DNA of 64,000 nucleotides from a candidate division FCPU426 bacterium (GTDB lineage: Bacteria > Oederibacteriota > Muellerivitia > Muellerivitales > Muellerivitaceae): NCBI GenBank assembly GCA_963738405.1, contig CAVTWJ010000012.1:32001-96000 (forward strand). The letters are read 5' to 3'. Position numbers and translations under genes: made by a program. Shown piece after piece: positions 46,082-55,310 of this stretch. Below the pieces are notes generated by a model. It had not been told where the DNA came from, searched no databases, and was given only the letters and a program-made list of their open reading frames with translations. Every line of letters begins with the position of its first letter. Position 1 is the stretch's first letter.

Positions 46082-48184
46082 TTACTGAACCAGTAATGGG
46101 AGCCTCGTCTTTTTCGGGTTGAAGACCAAGGTTCTGTTTCTTGGGCCCGACATTCCCTTCACCCATTCGCCCGGGTCCACCACAAACAGCGCGTGCGGGC
46201 CCGGCGACAGGTCTTGCAGACTCGAAAGCAATTCCTCGTTGCCCATGCGCATGCCGGGGTTCGAATCCACCGACCATATATGATCGCCCGGCACAAGACC
46301 CGCCTTCGCGATGGGGCTGTTATCCCATGTTCCCGTCACTTCGCCATCGCTGCCCATCAATAGGCCCTGGTATAGATAGGGCAAAGGGCCGATAGGGGCG
46401 TTCTTGCCCCCTTGGGCGTTTCGCACCCAAAATTCCGAACCCGAAACCAGGTGCGCCAAATCCTCAACGCTTTCGCACTGCACGGCGAAGGGCTTTTTTA
46501 AACCGGCAAACTGCATGGAGAATTGATAAAAGGTGCGGGGGTGGTCACCCAGTACCTCAACCTCGCAACAATGGATGGCCCGCACGTCTTCCCAATAAAA
46601 GGCCATTCCCTTCTTTGAGCTATCGCCCAAGACGGGGTTGATATCCCCAAACGAAAATCCGCCTTGGATTTCCAAGTTGAAACCGGAGCCATTCACCACC
46701 GCCGAGGTAATCTTTTTTTCATCGGGGCCCAACCAAAACGAATATTTTTCCGGGTCTTGGATATCCATGAAGCGGCGGCCCGCCATTTCAGCGCCCATAT
46801 TTGCGTCGGGTTCGATGGAAAAGTCCTTCACCCGGCAGGGCCGGGGCAGGGCTAATATTTCCGCTTCCAAAGAGGCCCGGTCTTCTTTGGGCATGGTCGC
46901 AACACCTTCCTGTTTCGGGGCGGAAAGTTTCTTTTGTGAATGAGGGCGCGCCTGTGCCGGTTCCATAGGGGAACCGGCTGCCTGGGCCGTTGTGGTTATG
47001 GGGCTTTGGATTTTGGCGTTATCCAAGGCTTGGTCGTTCTTGGTGTCTTGGAGACTTGGTGGTGAAAATGGGTTTATCTGAGTTGGTAGATGTTCCATTA
47101 TCCAACTCCTGAAAAACCATCCCGCCCCCAAAACCGCCGCGACGATGAGGGTGGCCATCAACCCGGTGCGGAATTCCTTGTGAATCCACCAAACCAAGGC
47201 GACGGCAAGGACAAGAACCACCCAGGGCTTGGCCAGCGCCTGGGCCAGAAGCCACAAAGGCAAGTGAAGGATGAAGTGGAAAAGGAACCGCCGAAGGCTG
47301 TCGATCCAGGGGCCCACCCCGGGGATAAAGTGCCCCGCAATGCTGATAACACTGCCATAGGTGAAAAGGATGATGAACCAGTAAAGCCCCCAATGGCCCA
47401 CGAAACTAAAGGGGTTGGGCAGGGACTGGCCCGAACCATGTCTTCGGCCTGAACGGGAGGAAGAATGGGAACGAAGGGGGATGAAATAGTTCGCCGTCGT
47501 CTTGGCGCCTTTTGTGATGTACTGGTGAATCAAACTGGCAAGGGTTTTTAGGGTGAAAAAGAAGCCCTTAGCTCCTGCTTTTTGAAGTGCCTTTAGGGTC
47601 TTTTTGGCCCCCTTCCTTTTAGACTTTTTCATTTTGGTTGGTTTCTGGATCACCTCTTCCTCGGAGTCCTCCTCTTCCAGGGATGGGTCTTCTTCGGGTT
47701 CTTGCTTCTTATACGGGACCTTTGTGTGGTCAAAATCGGAGGCGGGTTTGCCACTCACCATATGAACCACCAAAGCCTCAATTTTTCGCCTGGCTAGGTG
47801 GCGGGAAAGGATCACATCCAAGGCTTCATGGACGGCTTTAGGAAGGTCAGGAACCTTTCCGTCTAAGGCTGTCAGTGCCAATGCTTGCCTAAGGGATAGT
47901 TTAAAGGGCCCCTGTGCCGAGGCCCCAAGCCGAGGCACTTGATTTGGGTGTGCCGGTTCCGTAAGGGAACCGGCGGGGGGGCTAACTGCAGCTTTTCGAA
48001 CCTTTTCAACAGCCAATGGATCGAATATTCGTTGAAGGGACCTAAGGTTATGAAGGGTTCCAAGGCTGATATTTAAGGTTTTGACCTGATCTTCATATAG
48101 AGCCGAGGGGTTCTTTTGGTGTTCGAGGGCGTAGGCCGAAAGCTGGTCCAGCCAATCTTTCGTTTTCGGATTAAAACGTCCCAA
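46082..48184 (-). CDS. Membrane protein with N-terminal ParB-HTH-like region, central TM bundle and C-terminal PDZ-like domain
   Basis: AGGAGG RBS before TTG 48184; ParB-like segments; 3-4 TM helices; SPIAKAGLVPGDHIWSVD PDZ signature. Confidence 0.65.
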   Translation of the reverse strand: MGRFNPKTKDWLDQLSAYALEHQKNPSALYEDQVKTLNISLGTLHNLRSLQRIFDPLAVEKVRKAAVSPPAGSLTEPAHPNQVPRLGASAQGPFKLSLRQALALTALDGKVPDLPKAVHEALDVILSRHLARRKIEALVVHMVSGKPASDFDHTKVPYKKQEPEEDPSLEEEDSEEEVIQKPTKMKKSKRKGAKKTLKALQKAGAKGFFFTLKTLASLIHQYITKGAKTTANYFIPLRSHSSSRSGRRHGSGQSLPNPFSFVGHWGLYWFIILFTYGSVISIAGHFIPGVGPWIDSLRRFLFHFILHLPLWLLAQALAKPWVVLVLAVALVWWIHKEFRTGLMATLIVAAVLGAGWFFRSWIMEHLPTQINPFSPPSLQDTKNDQALDNAKIQSPITTTAQAAGSPMEPAQARPHSQKKLSAPKQEGVATMPKEDRASLEAEILALPRPCRVKDFSIEPDANMGAEMAGRRFMDIQDPEKYSFWLGPDEKKITSAVVNGSGFNLEIQGGFSFGDINPVLGDSSKKGMAFYWEDVRAIHCCEVEVLGDHPRTFYQFSMQFAGLKKPFAVQCESVEDLAHLVSGSEFWVRNAQGGKNAPIGPLPYLYQGLLMGSDGEVTGTWDNSPIAKAGLVPGDHIWSVDSNPGMRMGNEELLSSLQDLSPGPHALFVVDPGEWVKGMSGPRNRTLVFNPKKTRLPLLVQ

Positions 48185-48257
48185 GTTATCCTCCTATGCC
48201 GAAGTAAAGGTGTTCTTGAAATTGAAATCAGGGTTAATTTAACGCCAAAAAGCCTTA

Positions 48258-48396
48258 TTTCAACGGAAATTTATCGGTTTTCAACGGAAATAGTGTGTAT
48301 TTTCAACGGAAATTTTATGCTTTTTCAACGGAAACTAAATTTTTTTCAACGGAAACTTTTTGATTTTCAACGGGAATTATATTTTTTCAACGGAAA
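48258..48396. repeat. Array of seven TTTCAACGGAAA boxes with 20-22-bp period
   Basis: Starts at 48258, 48279, 48301, 48323, 48344, 48365 (1 mismatch) and 48385; variable AT-rich spacers. Confidence 0.92.
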
Positions 48397-48446
48397 TGGT
48401 TTTGGATGGTTATGGCCCACTTTTTAGGCGGGTTAGTCCCGAAAAC

Positions 48447-48483
48447 AAAAACGCCCCTACCCCTTTTTAGGGGGGTAAAGGCG
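48447..48483 (-). terminator. Intrinsic terminator after the basic protein gene
   Basis: Imperfect stem CGCCCCTACCCC/GGGGGTAAAGGCG followed by a T-tract on the - strand. Confidence 0.5.
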
Positions 48484-48510
48484 CCTTACAGGCCTATTGA
48501 TTTTGGGTGA

Positions 48511-48813
48511 TTAGCTTTGGGAAGCGGGGTTGCCGGTCGTAGAAGGCTGGGTGACGGCTTGTGGCTGTTCCACTTTAGGGGTCGTCTCAGTCTTTTTAGC
48601 AATGGGGGCCTTGGGGGCCGTTTTGGCGTGGTGTGACCTTTTGGGGCCACCGGTTACAACCGTCTTTTTCTTGCTGGTGGCGACAACTTTAGAGGTTGCC
48701 AAAAGCTCTTTAATCTTCGCGATCAGCTTTTCCCCTTCGGGGCCCTGCTTCCTGATCTTTTTCAGCAGTTTCTTGGCTGCTTTAAACAGCTTTTTTTCTT
48801 TCTTTTCGTTCAT
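48511..48813 (-). CDS. Small Lys-rich basic protein
   Basis: GGAGG RBS; very basic N-terminal helix, low-complexity tail. Confidence 0.65.
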   Translation of the reverse strand: MNEKKEKKLFKAAKKLLKKIRKQGPEGEKLIAKIKELLATSKVVATSKKKTVVTGGPKRSHHAKTAPKAPIAKKTETTPKVEQPQAVTQPSTTGNPASQS

Positions 48814-49038
48814 CTAAACCTCCGTGTATTTAAAAACCATCGCGCCGGTAACTTGCAGGTATCGACACAATGTAAACAGATTATACACGGACGTAACATT
48901 GGATTGTTGAGTTTATTAGGTTTTTGACAAAATTTAACATTGGCGTCCATAGACGAAGGATAGGTTTCAATCCTGGATGGCCTGCCTGTACCACCTCGAC
49001 GAAGTGGTACAGAGCGAATACCCTCACCTTTAAAACCT

Positions 49039-49635
49039 TCAAACGATACGGCAGGCCTCCTCGAAGCTCAGACGCGGTCCCCGTGGGAACAGTTTGGTCT
49101 TGTCACCATGGCCCAAATTACAAATGAAGTTCGATTTCCAGGAAGTGCCCGAAAAGAACGCTTCATCCAGTTTCTTGTTATCAAAACCCGATAGGGGGCC
49201 GCAATCCAACCCCAGGGCCCTGGCGGCCAATATAAAATAGCCGCCCTGAAGCGAACTGTTTCTCATCGCGGTCTCATCGGCCAAAGGTTTGTTGCCCGCG
49301 AACATATCCCGGTAGCCCCCCGCGCCGGGAATGGGAAACAATCGCGTGATATAGTCGTAAAACTTCTCGTCAAACGCGATGATCGCCGTGACCGGAGCGG
49401 CCTTCACCTTTTCCACGTTCGTGGGCGACAAAGAGCCGATCAATTTTTCCTTTTCGGGGCCGTTTTTCACGAAGACAATCCGCGCGGGCGAGATGTTCGC
49501 GCTGGTGGGTCCCCACTTCATCAGGTCGTAAAGTTCATGAAGCGTTTGATCGCTCACCTCTTCGGGAAGCCAGTCCCGATGGGTCCTGGCTTCGGTAAAC
49601 AGTATTTTTAAATCGTCATGGGTAATGGCGCTCAT
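49039..49635 (-). CDS. Nitroreductase family, RutE-like (malonic semialdehyde reductase-like)
   Basis: LFTEARTH, GPTSAN..PAR, RNSSLQGGY.ILAARALGLDCGP.SGFD. Confidence 0.9.
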   Translation of the reverse strand: MSAITHDDLKILFTEARTHRDWLPEEVSDQTLHELYDLMKWGPTSANISPARIVFVKNGPEKEKLIGSLSPTNVEKVKAAPVTAIIAFDEKFYDYITRLFPIPGAGGYRDMFAGNKPLADETAMRNSSLQGGYFILAARALGLDCGPLSGFDNKKLDEAFFSGTSWKSNFICNLGHGDKTKLFPRGPRLSFEEACRIV

Positions 49636-49647
49636 GGCTTCCCCCTT

Positions 49648-50055
49648 TCAATGAATTTTATAAGCCGGCAAAGCCTTGACCGTAAAAAGGGCCTTAAAGT
49701 AACCGCGGTAAGCCCAGATCATAAAAATTTCGAGCAAGGAAAACACCAAGCCCGGCTGGATGCCTTCTCCGCCCATGATCAAAAGGTGGTAAGCCAAAAT
49801 ATTGACGAGAACCGGCCCCAGAAGCACCAGGCCTATGGGCGCGGTACCGCCGATAAGCACCAGGATCCCGCCCGCCAATTGGACAGCCCCGATGAACGCC
49901 ATCCAATGTGTCGGAAACATGACCCCCATGAATTGGGCGGCCAAGGAACCCGCCGGCGGCGCGGGCATGGGCAGAAAGGGGTGAAGGATATTGGAACCAA
50001 AAACAATAAAACCGATGCCCAGCAGTGTCCGGCTAACCACAATCGCGATTTTCAT
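49648..50055 (-). CDS. DoxX-like membrane protein
   Basis: R.LLG..FIVFG.N, QL.GG.L.L, PV.VNI..YH. Confidence 0.75.
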   Translation of the reverse strand: MKIAIVVSRTLLGIGFIVFGSNILHPFLPMPAPPAGSLAAQFMGVMFPTHWMAFIGAVQLAGGILVLIGGTAPIGLVLLGPVLVNILAYHLLIMGGEGIQPGLVFSLLEIFMIWAYRGYFKALFTVKALPAYKIH

Positions 50056-50106
50056 GACGAGTCTCCTTTGTTTTTAAACTTGAACGTCTTATGATCACGT
50101 TAGGTA

Positions 50107-50156
50107 GTAGGCGCAAAATCAGCAAGTAGACACAAAAAGGATAGGTAGGTACAAAA
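50107..50156. promoter_or_regulatory. Three GTAG-N3-CAAAA boxes at 19-bp period, probable HxlR-type binding sites
   Basis: GTAGGCGCAAAA (50107), GTAGACACAAAA (50126), GTAGGTACAAAA (50145) in the divergent intergenic region. Confidence 0.5.
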
Positions 50157-50612
50157 ATGACACCATCACAACCGCCCAACAAAGTCGTCGCGTTGAAAAA
50201 GCCCAAATCCCCCACCGGATTTCACCCAACCGAATGCGCCAAGGAAGGAAAACTGGAGCACGCGGTGATCATCGAGAACGTTCTGAAAGTGATCGGGGGC
50301 AAGTGGAAGGTTCTGATTGTGTTTCACTTGAGCCAAAACGAGGTGGTGCGTTTCGGGGAATTAAAGCGGAAAATTCCGGGCGTGACCCAGAGGATATTGA
50401 CCAACCAGCTTCGGGAAATGGAAGCCGATGATTTGGTCGTTCGAAAGGTCTACCCCGAGGTGCCCCCCAAGGTGGAATATTCCCTCAGCGATGTCGGCCG
50501 TGAGTTAAAGGCGGTCTATATTGAAATGAAAAAGTGGGGGGATAAAAATGCTAGGCTCTTGGCCAAGATCCAGAAGGCGCATGAGGCCGAGCTGAAAGTT
50601 TCCCAAGGCTGA
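50157..50612 (+). CDS. HxlR-family winged-helix regulator
   Basis: IGGKWK.LI, RFGELKR.IPGVTQR.LT.QLRE.E, VYPEVPPKVEYSL. Confidence 0.93.
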   Translation: MTPSQPPNKVVALKKPKSPTGFHPTECAKEGKLEHAVIIENVLKVIGGKWKVLIVFHLSQNEVVRFGELKRKIPGVTQRILTNQLREMEADDLVVRKVYPEVPPKVEYSLSDVGRELKAVYIEMKKWGDKNARLLAKIQKAHEAELKVSQG

Positions 50613-50657
50613 AAGCGGAATATTAAAGGAATCTGAAAACCATGGCGGCCCTATCCT

Positions 50658-51074
50658 TCAAAATGGATTTTTAACCGCAAGTTCACCGAACTTCCTTCCG
50701 GCTTGAAAGTCCTCGGTCAACAACAGCCGGGCCCCAGCCCTTTGGGCCGCAACGACGATCAGGGCGTCCCAAAAGGAAATCTTGGCCCGTTCCTCCAATT
50801 GTGCCGCCTCAGCCACCATTCCCCCTTGAATGCTCACCGTATCCCAGGAAAGATAATGGGAAATCAATTCCAACCCCTGCTTTTGGGTCAGGGGTTTCGG
50901 GATTTTGCGGGTCACATTGACGTAAAACTCCTCCAACACCTGGGCGCTCAAAACCCCGTTGTTGTTTTCCCATAGTTCGCCCACCGCTTCCTGGGCCTTT
51001 TGATGCTTCTCCCCCGCTTCCCGGTCATAAGCGTAGAGCAGGATATTCGTGTCCACAAAGGTCTTAACGGTCAT
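50658..51074 (-). CDS. vapC: PIN-domain toxin (VapC-like)
   Basis: FVDTNILLY, QVLEEF, SFWDALI, LLTEDF. Confidence 0.92.
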   Translation of the reverse strand: MTVKTFVDTNILLYAYDREAGEKHQKAQEAVGELWENNNGVLSAQVLEEFYVNVTRKIPKPLTQKQGLELISHYLSWDTVSIQGGMVAEAAQLEERAKISFWDALIVVAAQRAGARLLLTEDFQAGRKFGELAVKNPF

Positions 51075-51294
51075 GAAGGCTTTCCCGGGAACTCCGCTTG
51101 CCGCCGAAAGGGTGCCCTTTTTCCATCGCCTTAAGAGCCTTCACCTTCGATTCCTGGTAAACCTGGTCCTCCGCGGCCATCTTTTGGATATAGGCCGCCA
51201 ATAAACCCGTAATCGAGGTTTCATGGTGGGCGGCGAGTATCTTTGCTTTCTTGATGAGGTCTTTGTCCAGGCTCAAGGTTAGGTTTTGTTTCAC
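51064..51294 (-). CDS. DUF6364 antitoxin
   Basis: QNLTLSLD..LIKKAK.LAA...TSI; overlaps the PIN gene. Confidence 0.85.
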   Translation of the reverse strand: MKQNLTLSLDKDLIKKAKILAAHHETSITGLLAAYIQKMAAEDQVYQESKVKALKAMEKGHPFGGKRSSRESLHDR

Positions 51295-51543
51295 GGGAGC
51301 CTCCTTTACACGTTATTATGTGTATCACGTGACGCGGCCTTTTTCAAGTTCCAAACAAAGGGTTAATGAATAGCATTCCATAATCCATTTGCGCTGACGG
51401 CAAACCACAAGTTGGCCTGTCGAGTGCCGAAGTCGAAGCGACTTCGGCTTTTGACGGACGAATTATCCGTCCAATCACCAGGAGGTCTTTAGGCCGGACT
51501 ACAATAAGTCCATCAACCGTTTCGAAAAGGTCTGAACTTTTTC

Positions 51544-52186
51544 CTATTTTTTAAGCACCACATGGGTCGCCTGTTCGGTGGTGACGCGCTCCACGCATTT
51601 AAAACCCAACTCATGCAGGTCGAGCCCGGAAAAAAGATTCTCTCCCTTCCCCATCAAAACCGGCATCAAGGCCAAATGCATCTCATCCACCAAGCCCGCC
51701 TTCAAGAACTGCCGAATGGTCGATGCGCCCCCGCCGATCCGGACATCCCGATTTCCCGCGGCCTTTTGGGCCTGCCGGAGGGCCGAGTCGATTCCGCCGG
51801 TCATGAAGATAAATTTGGTCCCGCCTTCCATTTCAAGCGGGGGGCGGGCGTGGTGGGTCAGAACAAAGGTTGGAACATGGTAAGGCGGATTATCTCCCCA
51901 CCAGCCTTTCCAGGATTCATCCGGCCAGGGACCGCGAATGGGCCCAAACATATTGCGGCCCAAGATCCAGGCCCCCACGTTCTCAAAGGATCTCTCAGCG
52001 AATTGGTTGTCCAAACCCGTCGTTCCACCGCCATTGCCCTGCATCTCGTTGAAAACCTTCGTGGGGAAAAACCAACCCATGAGCCTCCGGGCCCCGGACC
52101 CCCAGGGGATTTTCCAGGCTTTGGTCCGGACCCGCCGCGAAACCGTCGATGGAAACTCCAATAGCGGCCACTTTCACTTTTGGCAT
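51544..52186 (-). pseudogene. RibD-C/dihydrofolate reductase family gene with a +1 frameshift
   Basis: MPKVKVAAIGVSIDGFAAGPDQSLENPLGVRGPE lies in one frame; LMGWFF...GRNMFGP...GGASTIRQ continues in another. One extra base at ~52084. Confidence 0.8.
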
Positions 52187-52317
52187 TGGGGCCATCCTTT
52201 CAATAATTATTATTTTTCGGTGGCGGCTCATTTTGGGTGTCATTGCGAGGAATAGCCGCCGTTCCCCGCATATCCATTTAAGCATTTCATTTAGTTTGGG
52301 GGGTATCCCATTTTCCT

Positions 52318-52345
52318 TGTCCACGACGGGTCCCCTTCGTGGACA
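52318..52345. repeat. Hairpin family copy A (TGTCCACGA...TCGTGGACA)
   Basis: Perfect 9-bp stem; related copies at 53552, 54326 and 57282, half copies at 58087 and 58256. Confidence 0.8.
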
Positions 52346-52365
52346 GCAAGCCAGAGGAGTCCAAC

Positions 52366-53532
52366 CTATTTCTTCGTCCAAGACTCTGGATAATAGTTGA
52401 AATGGGCGATAGGACGAAAATTGTAACTGGGCAGACCAACAGGATCAAATACGCTGTCATCGGACGACAAGTCTGAATTTTCGTACCAGGAAAAATCCCC
52501 AGCCGCCCCTTTTTGTACCTTTTCCAGCTCCGATCCACCCCCGACAATCGGGCCAGCCAGAGCCGCTTGATAATAATGACGGGCCTCTGTCTTGATTTTA
52601 TCATTCAATTCAGAACCCTGACTTACGAACAGCGAATCGCCCAAGATCATATTAATCTCATAGCCGTAATTCTTTTGAATGAATTTGTTTCGCAGCAAAC
52701 CTTTAAAAAACGAAAAAGTTTTGGAGCGCGCGAAGGTTTTCGAACGGCTCATGTTACGGATATAGGTAATGGCCACGTCCCCGTAAAGCGCCCCCGAACC
52801 TGCGTGTTCTTGGTAATTCTCGTCGCCATACTTTTCCAACACTTCCCCGAGCATAGTCACTTTCTGGCCCATAGGGAGATCGCAGGTTTTGTACTTCACA
52901 AGCAAAGCCTCCGGACGGGTAAACCCGTAATACCCCCAATGAGTCACTTGGAAAGGTTTATTCGGAAACCCATCTAGTATCCTTTCCGCGGCCTCACATA
53001 GTTTTTCTCGTTTTTGGGTCTCCCGATAGAGGTCCATCATATAAAGATAAGCCTCTTCCTTGATGGGAATGGGGTTCGAACCGACGACTAAGTCCTTTGT
53101 TAAATCATCCTGAAGTTGAAGGATCTTATTCAGGTAAAGCTCTTCCGTTTTAGGCTTATCGTTTGATAATTCGGCGATCTCAAAATAGATCGATGGTTCC
53201 ATGACCTGGCCCGGGACCATAAATGGCTCCAAATAAGGATGTTGCCTATATTCTTTCGACACTAATTCCATGAATTTTTCACTCGGGAATTTCGGGTTCT
53301 TAAATCTATTTAAAATCTCAAGAAAAGCTGTTTCGGAATTCGCTTTCACATATTCGGTAAATGCCAATTCATCGGGATTCAAAGAGGGCATTAGAGGTTG
53401 TGTCGTGGCGGTGGGACTTGGAGTGGATTGACCTAATAACTGGAATGTCCCCATAACGAATGAGAATAGGAGGGCCATAGTAATCAAAGTGAGTCTTTTC
53501 ATTATTTCATCACCTCGAAATATCGCTTTCAC
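52366..53532 (-). CDS. Exported hypothetical protein (helical/TPR-like)
   Basis: Signal peptide, short PT linker, helical composition. Confidence 0.6.
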   Translation of the reverse strand: MKAIFRGDEIMKRLTLITMALLFSFVMGTFQLLGQSTPSPTATTQPLMPSLNPDELAFTEYVKANSETAFLEILNRFKNPKFPSEKFMELVSKEYRQHPYLEPFMVPGQVMEPSIYFEIAELSNDKPKTEELYLNKILQLQDDLTKDLVVGSNPIPIKEEAYLYMMDLYRETQKREKLCEAAERILDGFPNKPFQVTHWGYYGFTRPEALLVKYKTCDLPMGQKVTMLGEVLEKYGDENYQEHAGSGALYGDVAITYIRNMSRSKTFARSKTFSFFKGLLRNKFIQKNYGYEINMILGDSLFVSQGSELNDKIKTEARHYYQAALAGPIVGGGSELEKVQKGAAGDFSWYENSDLSSDDSVFDPVGLPSYNFRPIAHFNYYPESWTKK

Positions 53533-53551
53533 AATTTTTTAACAATACTAA

Positions 53552-53580
53552 TGTTCGCGATGGGTCCCCATCGTGGACAA
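53552..53580. repeat. Hairpin family copy B
   Basis: TGTTCGCGATGGG-TC-CCCATCGTGGACAA. Confidence 0.75.
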
Positions 53581-53593
53581 CGCCTTGGCGCTT

Positions 53594-53956
53594 TTATGCT
53601 TTGGAACGGCGCACCCTTATCTTTTGATTCGTTGCCACTACGTTGCATCCGGCCCAGGTAGAGACCTCTTCGTTTTCGAAAACTTCCACAATGCGTTTAA
53701 ACAGGTCTTTTCGGCTTGGGTCGACGAGTCTGACGAGGAGAACTCCGTGGTGGGTTCCAGGGGAATGGCTTCGGATGTCGGAGAAATACAAATCCTGTGA
53801 TACCAGAAAACGGCCAGCCTCCTGTGAGGCTTTCCAAACGCTTGGATCATCCTTGCCCCTCAAATTCTCCTGAAGGACGGTATCCACATCATGACCCAAG
53901 CGGGAGAGGGGCTCAATTAGATCAGCGGGAAGATTCTCATCCAGCTTTATTTTCAT
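53594..53956 (-). CDS. DUF5615 PIN-like toxin
   Basis: MKIKLDENLP...GHDV.TV...G.DD...R.LVSQDL.F. Confidence 0.88.
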   Translation of the reverse strand: MKIKLDENLPADLIEPLSRLGHDVDTVLQENLRGKDDPSVWKASQEAGRFLVSQDLYFSDIRSHSPGTHHGVLLVRLVDPSRKDLFKRIVEVFENEEVSTWAGCNVVATNQKIRVRRSKA

Positions 53957-53965
53957 GTGTCGGAA

Positions 53966-54202
53966 TTAGACGGTGGGGACAGCGGGAACCGGCAGGTCTT
54001 CCTCCGCGGAAGCGGCGGCGTAAGAAATAACAGAGGTCACCGCCTCACGGGTTAGGGAGGGAAAAGATTTAAGTATTTGATCCATGCCGTCACCAGCGGC
54101 AAGGCTGGCCAAAACGGTTCGGAGGGTAACCCTGGTGCCTTTAATGACTGGTTGGCCGTTACAGATTTTTGGGTCTCTGACAATAAAGTCCGTGTGATTC
54201 AT
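53966..54202 (-). CDS. DUF433 antitoxin
   Basis: I..DP.IC.GQPVIKGTRV.....L..LA.G...I...FPSL. Confidence 0.9.
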   Translation of the reverse strand: MNHTDFIVRDPKICNGQPVIKGTRVTLRTVLASLAAGDGMDQILKSFPSLTREAVTSVISYAAASAEEDLPVPAVPTV

Positions 54203-54325
54203 GGCTCCTCCTAACCGACAAAAATTATTTTAGACCTAATCCATTAGGGCGACAAGTGGCTGAGCAGTTAGTAGTTCATTTGGGATATAACCAGCCCTAA
54301 AGGAGATGTTTTTTCTTTCAATTTC

Positions 54326-54396
54326 GTTGTCCACGATGGGTCCCCGCCCTGTAACGAAGCGCGCAAGCGCATACCAAAGGGCCCGTCGTGGATAAC
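54326..54396. repeat. Hairpin family copy C (long form)
   Basis: GTTGTCCACGATGGGTCCC...GGGCCCGTCGTGGATAAC, about 18-bp stem with G-T pairs. Confidence 0.8.
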
Positions 54397-54398
54397 TT

Positions 54399-55235
54399 TC
54401 ACTTCTTTTTCTTAAAAGTCTTGATAGGGGCCTTTTTTTCAAGGCGCCTCGCGGTCCATCCCTCGGGAACGGGGCGGGCCACGCAGATGGCCCCCTCGGG
54501 TTCGCCATCCGGAACAAATGGCCTGGTATAAAGTTTAACCGGCAGGTACCCGCCCGATCCCTCCAAGATGGCCGTCTCAATCGCGAAGTTCTTTTGCTCA
54601 TGCACCGTTTCCTTGATGCACTTTTCAACGATCTTCAGTTCCCCGGGCGGGACGAGGGAGGCGAGGTTCTTACCCAACCATTCTTCCGTCTTCTGGCCTG
54701 ATTGATCTTCGAACGCCCCGTTTAAATAAACCAAGGTTCCATCCGGGGAGGTCAAGCAAAGGATGTCCATGACGCTGTCGAGCAGAAGTTTGTTTCTGAG
54801 GTTCGCCTCCTCCAGTTTCTTTTCCAATTGCTGGAGGAGTTTGGACTTGCGGTACAACTCGGCGTGAAGGCGGACCTTGGCCCTTAAAACCTCCGGGTCG
54901 AAGGGTTTTCCAAAATAATCCACGCCCCCCACCTCATAGCCCTTGCGGACGTAGGGATCTTCCTGGTAGATGGCGGTCATGAAAATGATGGGTATGTTTC
55001 TATCCGGTATTTTTTCTTTAATAAGCTTGGCGGTCTCAAACCCGTCCATCTGGGGCATTTGGACGTCGAGGATGACCAGGCTGATGTCGGTGGTTTCAAG
55101 GATTTCGATGGCTTCCATTCCCGAGCGGGCCTTCACGATGTTGTAATGAAAGGGGTCCAGCACGGCTTCCAGGGTGATGAGGTTGGCGGGGGTGTCATCG
55201 ACCAAAAGGATTTTTATTTCCACTGAAGTGTCCAT
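54399..55235 (-). CDS. Response regulator with receiver and PAS domains
   Basis: LLVDD, LDVQMP.MDG, KPF; C-terminal PAS (YLN.AFE..SG...EW.G). Confidence 0.88.
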   Translation of the reverse strand: MDTSVEIKILLVDDTPANLITLEAVLDPFHYNIVKARSGMEAIEILETTDISLVILDVQMPQMDGFETAKLIKEKIPDRNIPIIFMTAIYQEDPYVRKGYEVGGVDYFGKPFDPEVLRAKVRLHAELYRKSKLLQQLEKKLEEANLRNKLLLDSVMDILCLTSPDGTLVYLNGAFEDQSGQKTEEWLGKNLASLVPPGELKIVEKCIKETVHEQKNFAIETAILEGSGGYLPVKLYTRPFVPDGEPEGAICVARPVPEGWTARRLEKKAPIKTFKKKK

Positions 55236-55310
55236 GGCTATTTCCTTCCTTTCACGGCGCCCATTCGAAGGGGCCGAAAACAAAGCCCAATCTAAAAAGC
55301 GAAAGCCACT

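Noticed and set aside
48258..48396. CRISPR array
   Set aside because: Repeats of 12 bp and spacers of 8-10 bp are far too short, and no cas genes are in the window.
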